Source: an uncultured Rhodospirillaceae bacterium | GTDB lineage: Bacteria > Pseudomonadota > Alphaproteobacteria > UBA11136 | DNA: 64,000 nt | Reading direction: 5' to 3' | Assembly: GCA_964482135.1 (NCBI GenBank) | Contig: CAYZWF010000001.1 | Coordinates: forward strand, 11,362-75,361 | In this document: one piece after another, positions 57,971 through 64,000 of the stretch | Layout of the letters: every line of letters starts with the position of its first letter | How positions within the stretch are numbered: position 1 is the first letter of the stretch | Translations under genes and position numbers: made by a program | The notes under the pieces: model-generated | The model's database searches: none | The model's input: only the letters and a program-made list of their open reading frames with translations | Told to the model about the DNA's origin: nothing

Positions 57971-58789
57971 TTATTTATTGTAAAAAAGCAGGGCGCCGCT
58001 GCCCTGGACCGAAATATCGCCCACATATTTGCGCAGCCGGTTGTCCGACGGGTTGAGCACCGAAAAGGCTCCGCCTTGACGTTTGAGGTGGGCGAGAAAC
58101 AGGTGATGGAAGGGCAGCGTGTGGGTGCCGCTGTCGTTGAAGGTTTCGGGGAAGCGCGTGGGCGGCCGCATCATGAAGAGAGCACCACGGCGCATGGCGA
58201 AACCGAAGCGCGGCCCCACATCGCCCATGACGGCGATGGAACCGGCGATCATACGCGAGGCGCAGAGTTCTCCCACATCGCCTTCGATCAATATCAGCCC
58301 GCGCCGCAGCCGGTCTCCGGTGCGCGCCCCGGCATTGCCTTCGACGCGGACCACGCCGCCGTTCATGCCGATGCGCTCGCCGGGGATGGGCGCGCCCAGG
58401 AAATCGCCGGCATTACCTTCGATAAGGATTTCCCCGTCGCGCATGCCGCTGGCGGCGAAGTTGCCGGCATTGCCGTGGACGATGATGTCGCCGCCGGTCA
58501 TGCCGTGGCCGAGACGGTCCCCGGCATCGCCATAGACCTCGAGCATGCCCTCGCTCCAGCGCGAGCCGATACCGTCGATTTTGTCACAAATATTGTCGAG
58601 AACGAGCCGCTCGCCGGGCTTGCCGTAGACCACGAACAGGTCGCCGAGGACGCATTTGCGGTTGCCCACGAAAACCGGGAGTTTTTCGATCTCGGCGGCC
58701 TTTTTGGCGGCGCGGATCTTCTCCGTCAGCGGAGAGAGGTCCACGCGCTGGCGCGGCGCGTCCTTGAGGATGATGGCGAAGCCGCTCAT
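57971..58789 (-). CDS. fhcC: formyltransferase/hydrolase complex subunit C (FwdC/FmdC-like GXGXG beta-helix)
   Basis: Repeated GNAG/GDVG beta-helix units (GNAGNFAASGMRDGEILIEGNAGDF...). Positioned directly downstream of fhcD. Confidence 0.75.
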   Translation of the reverse strand: MSGFAIILKDAPRQRVDLSPLTEKIRAAKKAAEIEKLPVFVGNRKCVLGDLFVVYGKPGERLVLDNICDKIDGIGSRWSEGMLEVYGDAGDRLGHGMTGGDIIVHGNAGNFAASGMRDGEILIEGNAGDFLGAPIPGERIGMNGGVVRVEGNAGARTGDRLRRGLILIEGDVGELCASRMIAGSIAVMGDVGPRFGFAMRRGALFMMRPPTRFPETFNDSGTHTLPFHHLFLAHLKRQGGAFSVLNPSDNRLRKYVGDISVQGSGALLFYNK

Positions 58790-59682
58790 TTGAGAACCTT
58801 GTGCAGATGAAAGTGATAGGGCCCCAGCTTGCCGCCGTAATGACCGGCGCTGATGCGGACGATACCGTTCTTGCGGCCCAGGGTGCAGACGGCACGGATG
58901 CCCGCGCGCATGGCGCGGGCGATGTCCTTTTCGGCGAGCCCGTCGATGACGATTTCCATCACCGATTCCACCTCCGGCGGGAGCTCGGTCTTGGTCAGGC
59001 CTTTCAGTGTGGGACAGAAGGCGTCGTTGGTGGAGGCCGAGAGCTTGGGATATTTTGAGCCCAGCTTGGACCCCGAACCCACAACGCCGCCGGGAAAGGG
59101 CATGACCACGTTTTCCACCCGGTTCATGGCGGTGATCGCCCGTTCAGCCGCGCTCAATGCCTGGCCGCGGGATTCGGCGAGGATCAGGAAATTACCGCCG
59201 CCGATGCCCGGCACCTCGTGAGCGTAGTCTTCCACCAGGAACTCGCCATCCATGATGGGAATGCGCCAGTAGCGGATTTTCCCCAGCAGTTTCGACCTCT
59301 GGAAGCCGTCGCCGAAATAACGCAACGCCGCCCCCATCTTGATCTTCTTGCCCTCCCTGATGCCGGCGTAACAGGCCGAGGTGGGCGAAGTCATGACGCT
59401 TTGCCCGGTGCGGGTAACCACGTGTTTGGCCAGTTCCTTGCTGTTCATGGCGAACAGCAGCACCGACATGCCGGGACGGCCATCGGGGGTCTCGCTGGGC
59501 TTGAGCTTTTTCTCGATTCCCGTCTCCACGCCGCAGGCGATGACCGAGGTGGAAAAACCGATCATGCTGTTTGCGGCGGTGAAGGCCCAGCGCTCGGTGT
59601 CGGCGGTGATGATGAGCCGGGTCGCCACCATGGGAAAGGCCTCGGCGAAGGTGTCGTCGATTTTAACGCCGTTGATGATCAT
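58786..59682 (-). CDS. fhcD: formylmethanofuran:tetrahydromethanopterin formyltransferase (Ftr) homologue
   Basis: MIINGVKIDDTFAEAFPMVATRLIITA... matches the Ftr N-terminus. About 300 aa. Start taken at MIING, overlapping the fhcA stop. Confidence 0.8.
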   Translation of the reverse strand: MIINGVKIDDTFAEAFPMVATRLIITADTERWAFTAANSMIGFSTSVIACGVETGIEKKLKPSETPDGRPGMSVLLFAMNSKELAKHVVTRTGQSVMTSPTSACYAGIREGKKIKMGAALRYFGDGFQRSKLLGKIRYWRIPIMDGEFLVEDYAHEVPGIGGGNFLILAESRGQALSAAERAITAMNRVENVVMPFPGGVVGSGSKLGSKYPKLSASTNDAFCPTLKGLTKTELPPEVESVMEIVIDGLAEKDIARAMRAGIRAVCTLGRKNGIVRISAGHYGGKLGPYHFHLHKVLK

Positions 59683-61352
59683 GCCCGCCTGCCTTTCCCG
59701 CATTTATGGGTCTCGACGCGGAAGCGTCCGTCGTCGGGAAAATCGGACTCGCGGATCACGAAATTCCCCATCTGCATTCCCTGGAAATCACTGAAATAGG
59801 ATTTAAGGCTTTTCTCGATGCCGGAGTGATATTCGGGACGCACCACATGGGTTGCGCCCCAGGTGACGTTCACCACCTTGCCATTGCGCGCCACCAGATT
59901 ACCATCCTTGAATACGTAATCGGGTTTTTCGAACATGCGCTCCTTGTTGGCGTGGGGGGTATAGACGGTGATGTCGGCGGCCGCACCCGCGCCCAGATGG
60001 CCGCGGTTTTTAAGGCCCAGGATACGGGCCGGCGCGGCGCGGGTCATGATGGCGATATCGTAGAGACTGTATTCGCGCTTGATGGAGCGCAAGGTTGAAA
60101 CGTCGCCGGCATGCTTGTTGACGGTGTCGAGCATGGAATTGCGGAAGCTGCGGTCCATCAACAGGCGGATCAAATGGGGATAGCTGGTAAACGGCGCGCC
60201 GTTGGGGTGGTCGGTGGTGAGGAAAATGCGCCAGGGGTCGTTCACCAGAAGGAAAATCTCGAGCCCGATGGCCCATTGCAGGGCGTTGACGAAATTGCGG
60301 TCACGATAGCGGAAAGGAACCACGCCGCATCCCGCCTGGCAGTCGATATCCATGCACACCCATTTGTGGGGAGAGGCGAGATCGGCGTTGTGGTGCTGGG
60401 TCATGGTGTCGCCCGACGCCGTGACGGTCTGGCCGAACATGATCTGGCCCACATCCACGGTGATATTCTTTTGCTTGTTGATGGCCTCGGCGATGCGCGC
60501 GGCTCCCGAGGAGAACCCCCTGTCGCCTTCCGTGCCATAGGTGTGGAACTGGATATGGGTGAGATGCATGGGCAGGCCGCCGGCCCCGGCCATGGTCTTG
60601 AGCGTGGTCTCCACATTGCCCGGAACCCCGAGATTACAGCCATGCACATGCAAGGGGTGGGGCACGCCGAGATCGGTCAAGGCGCGGGTCAGCGATTTCA
60701 ACACCTTGCGCGGCGTCAATCCGTAATGGGAATCGGTTTCGTCGAGGTCGAGCATGCGGTCGTTGAATTTGAAGGCGCTGATGCCGCCGGGATTCACCAC
60801 CTTGACGCCCAGCGCCTGGGTCGCCCCCATCATCCAGGCCACGTAATCGGTGATGGCTTTCTGGTCGGCCTTGCGCGAGAGCATGCGGAGAAAGAAATCG
60901 TCATTGCCGAGCATCACATAGGCGCCCTTGTCGATGATCGGCACATCCGCCATCTCGAGATGGGCCTGGCGCGCATTGACGGGCACCAGGGCGGGCTCGA
61001 AGGCCGCCGTATAGCCCATCTCGGCATAGCGGTAGCCGGTGGAAAAACTGGTCATGGTGGGTTCGCCGGAACCCGAGCGTTTGAGCCGCGAGCGTTTGGC
61101 CTGGTACTGGCGGTGTTCCTCGGGCAACAGCATGCGGGCGATATTGACCTTGCCGCCGGCGATATGGCTGTGCAGGTCCATGGCCCCGGCCATCACCACT
61201 TTGCCCGTCACGTCGTACACCTGGTCGGGCTTTTCGGAACCGGGGGGGCGTTTCACGATGCGCCCGTCGCGGATGAAAATATCCTGTTTGCGGCCGTTGA
61301 TCTTGTGAGCCGGGTCGAAAACCTTTCCGCCTGTGAGTTTGATCAGCATCAC
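59679..61352 (-). CDS. fhcA: formylmethanofuran dehydrogenase subunit A homologue (amidohydrolase superfamily)
   Basis: MMLIKLTGGKVFDP...AMDLHSHIAGGKVN (metal-binding HxH). About 557 aa, as for FwdA/FhcA. Confidence 0.8.
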   Translation of the reverse strand: MMLIKLTGGKVFDPAHKINGRKQDIFIRDGRIVKRPPGSEKPDQVYDVTGKVVMAGAMDLHSHIAGGKVNIARMLLPEEHRQYQAKRSRLKRSGSGEPTMTSFSTGYRYAEMGYTAAFEPALVPVNARQAHLEMADVPIIDKGAYVMLGNDDFFLRMLSRKADQKAITDYVAWMMGATQALGVKVVNPGGISAFKFNDRMLDLDETDSHYGLTPRKVLKSLTRALTDLGVPHPLHVHGCNLGVPGNVETTLKTMAGAGGLPMHLTHIQFHTYGTEGDRGFSSGAARIAEAINKQKNITVDVGQIMFGQTVTASGDTMTQHHNADLASPHKWVCMDIDCQAGCGVVPFRYRDRNFVNALQWAIGLEIFLLVNDPWRIFLTTDHPNGAPFTSYPHLIRLLMDRSFRNSMLDTVNKHAGDVSTLRSIKREYSLYDIAIMTRAAPARILGLKNRGHLGAGAAADITVYTPHANKERMFEKPDYVFKDGNLVARNGKVVNVTWGATHVVRPEYHSGIEKSLKSYFSDFQGMQMGNFVIRESDFPDDGRFRVETHKCGKGRRA

Positions 61353-62671
61353 GGCCCCGCCTTTATGTGGCTCTCGATAGCGGTGACGGCGTCGGCCGTG
61401 GAAGCCAGATCGGTCTCACGCAGGGAGCGCAGGGGCAGGGCGGTCACGGAATCGGCGCGCACGAAATGGCCGCCATGATCGATGCCGGGAACCGCCACCG
61501 GAATGTAGACATCGGGAATTTTGGCAGGCGTTTTGGCCGATTTGCCGGAGAAAGTCATGCCCGGCGCGCCGAGAACGATAGTGGGCAGATCGCAGCACCC
61601 CTTGGGCGGTTTGAGAGTCCTGCCAAAGGCCGAAATCCAGACCAGGGCGTCGGCCTCTCCGCTTTCCAGGAGGCGATCGGAAGAATAGACATAGGAATCG
61701 TGGACCGGATGCCCGGTGGCGAAGCTGGTGCGCAGGGGAAACCCGCTCTGCCAGGTACAGACCTGGGCCGCGCCATGGGCGTTATCGCTGCCGCCCAGCG
61801 GAAAGCCGCTGAAGCGCGACGTCTTGTTGATGTCCTTGATGAACTCACAGATGGCCTGGACCGTCAGTTCGCCATGGGGCCCGGGAATCTCGGCCGCCGA
61901 CCAGACGATAACGCCGTAACGGGCCTGTTTGATGCGCTCCGCCAGCTTGGCGAGCTTCGATACCGCCGCCCCGCCCACCTCTTTGGCCTGTACCGGGCGC
62001 TCGCCGTTATAAAGCGCGCGCAAGACCCCCACCACATCGGCCATGCGCCGGATGTCGGCGTCGATCACCGTTGGCCGCCGTCCCGAGGGCGAGCGGCCGG
62101 GTTTGGTGTCGAGACCCTTGCCCAGATAGACCACCTCGCGATTTTTCGGGCGCGGGGCGAACATGGCTTTCTTCGGCCACACACAGCGCTCGAAGAAGCG
62201 CGGGTAGCCGCCCACGGCATCGGTGCCGGCGAAGATAATGAGATCGGCGCGGTTGCGGATTTCAGCCATGGTGGTGGTCATCCAGCCGCCGTCCTGGAGC
62301 ACCAGGAGATTATTGAACATGGCTCTGGAGGCGGCGTGATCCACCACGCCGCCGATACCGTCGGCCAGCTGTAGAACCGCCTTGGCGCCACTGATGTCGG
62401 TGGCCATACCGCCGAACAGAGGCTGGGAGCTGTTTTTCAGAATATCCCCGGCGCAGGCCACGGCTTCCTCAAAGGTAGCGGGCTTGCCGCCGATCAGGGG
62501 CGTGGCGGTGGCCGGCGTTTTCTCGAAGCCCTTACAGGCCAGCGCGCAGCCATTGGCTTTCACCTTCAGCCGCCGCGCACCGGAGCGTTCCACCGTCAGA
62601 TCGTCACAGCATAACCCGCAAAAGGGACAGGCCACGTCTTTGAATATGCGGGAGTGTGTGGATGCGGTCAT
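61349..62671 (-). CDS. fhcB: formylmethanofuran dehydrogenase subunit B homologue
   Basis: N-terminal CPFCGLCCDDL Cys cluster plus a molybdopterin-oxidoreductase-like fold without the catalytic Cys/SeCys context, typical of FhcB. Confidence 0.7.
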   Translation of the reverse strand: MTASTHSRIFKDVACPFCGLCCDDLTVERSGARRLKVKANGCALACKGFEKTPATATPLIGGKPATFEEAVACAGDILKNSSQPLFGGMATDISGAKAVLQLADGIGGVVDHAASRAMFNNLLVLQDGGWMTTTMAEIRNRADLIIFAGTDAVGGYPRFFERCVWPKKAMFAPRPKNREVVYLGKGLDTKPGRSPSGRRPTVIDADIRRMADVVGVLRALYNGERPVQAKEVGGAAVSKLAKLAERIKQARYGVIVWSAAEIPGPHGELTVQAICEFIKDINKTSRFSGFPLGGSDNAHGAAQVCTWQSGFPLRTSFATGHPVHDSYVYSSDRLLESGEADALVWISAFGRTLKPPKGCCDLPTIVLGAPGMTFSGKSAKTPAKIPDVYIPVAVPGIDHGGHFVRADSVTALPLRSLRETDLASTADAVTAIESHIKAGP

Positions 62672-62687
62672 TCAGGGTTCGCTTTGG

Positions 62688-63098
62688 TTATGTGCCTCCC
62701 GAAGGAGGGTCGTCGTATTTTATGTAGGCGAAGCGGGCTTCCCCGGGCGTGCCTTCCAGTCCGCCATCTTCTTCGCCGGGCTGCCAGTGGATCACGTCCT
62801 CGATCTTCTTCGCCAGTTCAAAATCCTTGTCGGTAATGCCTTTGGCGCTGTGTGTCATGAGCCGCACTTCGACCCAGGCGTAGGAAGCGGTGATATCGGG
62901 GTGGTGCCAGGCGGCTTCGGCGAGATGGCCCACCGTGTTCACCACCATCAGGGTGCCCTTCCATCCATGGGTGCGGTATTTACGGCGTATCCATCCTTTT
63001 TCCAGATGCCAGTGAGGAAGCTCTCGCCTGAGAAAATCCTCCGCCTCGGTATCACTATAGGGTTTTTCCTTGGGTTTATCTGTTGCGTTATCGGACAT
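62688..63098 (-). CDS. pterin-4a-carbinolamine dehydratase (PCD/DCoH)-like protein
   Basis: ...VGHLAEAAWHHPDITASYAWVEVRL carries the PCD signature [EDKH]-x(3)-H-[HN]-P. It lies within the tetrahydromethanopterin-linked gene block. Confidence 0.6.
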   Translation of the reverse strand: MSDNATDKPKEKPYSDTEAEDFLRRELPHWHLEKGWIRRKYRTHGWKGTLMVVNTVGHLAEAAWHHPDITASYAWVEVRLMTHSAKGITDKDFELAKKIEDVIHWQPGEEDGGLEGTPGEARFAYIKYDDPPSGGT

Positions 63099-63376
63099 GA
63101 GTTTTCCTCTCCCGTCATGTCCCGGTCAAGCCGGGCTGTAACCTATGCGAGCGACCGCTGTTGGGCAAGCCGGATCGCGGCTTTGTCGCCTGTTGCCGGA
63201 GATTTTCAGGTCACCGCCGTCGCCGCTCAGGACCCCGGGTCATGCCAGGGACAAAGCCATTAATCCCTTGACTCATGGGGGCCATGCTTTCATTTACGCG
63301 GGCATGAACGCTGCCACGAACGGGGCGGTTTTCCACTCTCTCCCATGCTCATATATAATTTCGATTCTTAGAAACA

Positions 63377-64000
63377 GTGACAAATAATCACCAAAACCCA
63401 GCCAAAGATTCCAGGGAAGCGCCGCCCGGCAAGGTTTCCGTGACGGTGCCGGCGCGACTCCATTTCGGATTTCTCGACCTTCATGGCGCCCTCGGGCGGC
63501 GCTTCGGAAGTTTCGGCATGGCCCTGGACGGTCTCTCGACGCGACTTCACGCCGTGCCCGCTGCAACCCTTGGTGTGGACGGCCCGGACCAAAACCCGGC
63601 AACGGTTGAGCGGGCCATGGGCTTTGCCCGGACCATAGCAGAAAGCCTGGGGCTGGAGGGCGGCGCGGCGCTCACCATCGAAGAGGCCATCCCCGACCAT
63701 GCGGGGCTGGGCTCGGGAACCCAGCTTGGGCTGGCGGTGGGAGCCGCGCTGACCAGACTTCACGGCCTTAATATTGGTGCCGGCGATCTGGCGCGGCTGT
63801 TGGGACGCGGCGCACGATCAGGCATCGGCATCGGCGCCTTCGAACAGGGCGGCGTCATCCTCGACGGCGGGGTTGCGGTGGACGCTACCGGTAACGGCGA
63901 AAACGGCTTCCCGCCGGTGACCAGCCGCCTCGCCTTTCCCGATGAGTGGCGGGTGATGCTGATTCTCGACCCCAAGTCCAAGGGCCTGCACGGCAGTGAG
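63377..64000 (+). CDS. beta-ribofuranosylaminobenzene 5'-phosphate synthase-like (GHMP-kinase fold; methanopterin biosynthesis), 3' end outside the window
   Basis: VSVTVPARLHFGFLDLHGALGRRFGSFGMAL...PDHAGLGSGTQLGLAVGAAL matches beta-RFAP synthase/MptG. The putative start is GTG at 63377, with a weak RBS. Confidence 0.6.
   Translation, partial: MTNNHQNPAKDSREAPPGKVSVTVPARLHFGFLDLHGALGRRFGSFGMALDGLSTRLHAVPAATLGVDGPDQNPATVERAMGFARTIAESLGLEGGAALTIEEAIPDHAGLGSGTQLGLAVGAALTRLHGLNIGAGDLARLLGRGARSGIGIGAFEQGGVILDGGVAVDATGNGENGFPPVTSRLAFPDEWRVMLILDPKSKGLHGSE

Noticed and set aside
57951-57998. About-20-bp direct repeat (TGTAAAAAAGCAGG[A/G]CGCC) spanning the fhcC stop codon
   Set aside because: It overlaps the coding 3' end and the terminator region. 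It is likely incidental, and a terminator is already annotated nearby.

Overview
This is a 64-kb window from a high-GC chromosome that looks alphaproteobacterial (Rhodospirillales-like gene content and codon usage); the organism is not identified. It is mostly housekeeping genes, with several accessory features.

Main housekeeping content:
- rlmN, argG, folD-yggU-yggT, pabB-pabC.
- A complete contiguous System I cytochrome c maturation operon, ccmABCDEFGHI, on the minus strand.
- acnA, a Crp-family regulator, fdxA, carD, pip, gltB-gltD, ubiX.
- An LPS/heptose and polysaccharide block: cbbY-like HAD, hldE, gmhA, glycosyltransferase, Wzx-like flippase, UDP-glucuronate decarboxylase.
- DUF485-actP.
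- At the 3' end, a tetrahydromethanopterin-linked formaldehyde oxidation block: fhcC-fhcD-fhcA-fhcB, a pterin dehydratase-like gene and the start of beta-RFAP synthase.
- Two tRNAs: Ala(CGC) on the minus strand and Arg(CCT) on the plus strand.

The most unusual feature is a tandem array of four very small minus-strand ORFs (31-48 aa) at 9057-9718, inside about 160-bp DNA repeats:
- Each has its own Shine-Dalgarno site.
- All share a conserved 24-aa acidic N-terminal leader (MPKTDVKK[P/I]ESED[L/V]AEL[S/A]DE[A/V]LDR).
- The C-terminal 19-24 aa are hypervariable and rich in Cys, Ser, Thr, Asn and Gly.
- This is the architecture expected of a precursor-peptide array for a ribosomally synthesised, post-translationally modified peptide (RiPP) or bacteriocin.
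- No modification enzyme is encoded within the window.
- One copy has its start codon mutated to ATA.
- The array is flanked by a dense cluster of a short dispersed REP-like element (T-run + GGGGCCG[CAGTCTCT]GACGTACCCTGGCCCC). That element recurs at 6.4 kb, 8.9 kb, 14.3 kb and 29.7 kb.

Other accessory-looking content:
- An orphan N6/N4-type DNA methyltransferase next to gltD.
- A visibly AT-richer island (about 38.2-46.4 kb) of hypothetical genes: a Cys-rich protein plus a possible Fe(II)/2-oxoglutarate-oxygenase-like protein, a GST, a 31-aa micro-protein, a 55-aa zinc-ribbon protein missing from the ORF track, lipoproteins, and a coupled small-membrane-protein/DUF547 pair.
- A second AT-rich single-gene insertion (54.1-55.2 kb) that truncates a metallophosphoesterase gene.

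Many long GC-rich antisense ORFs in the ORF track are artefacts and were rejected.
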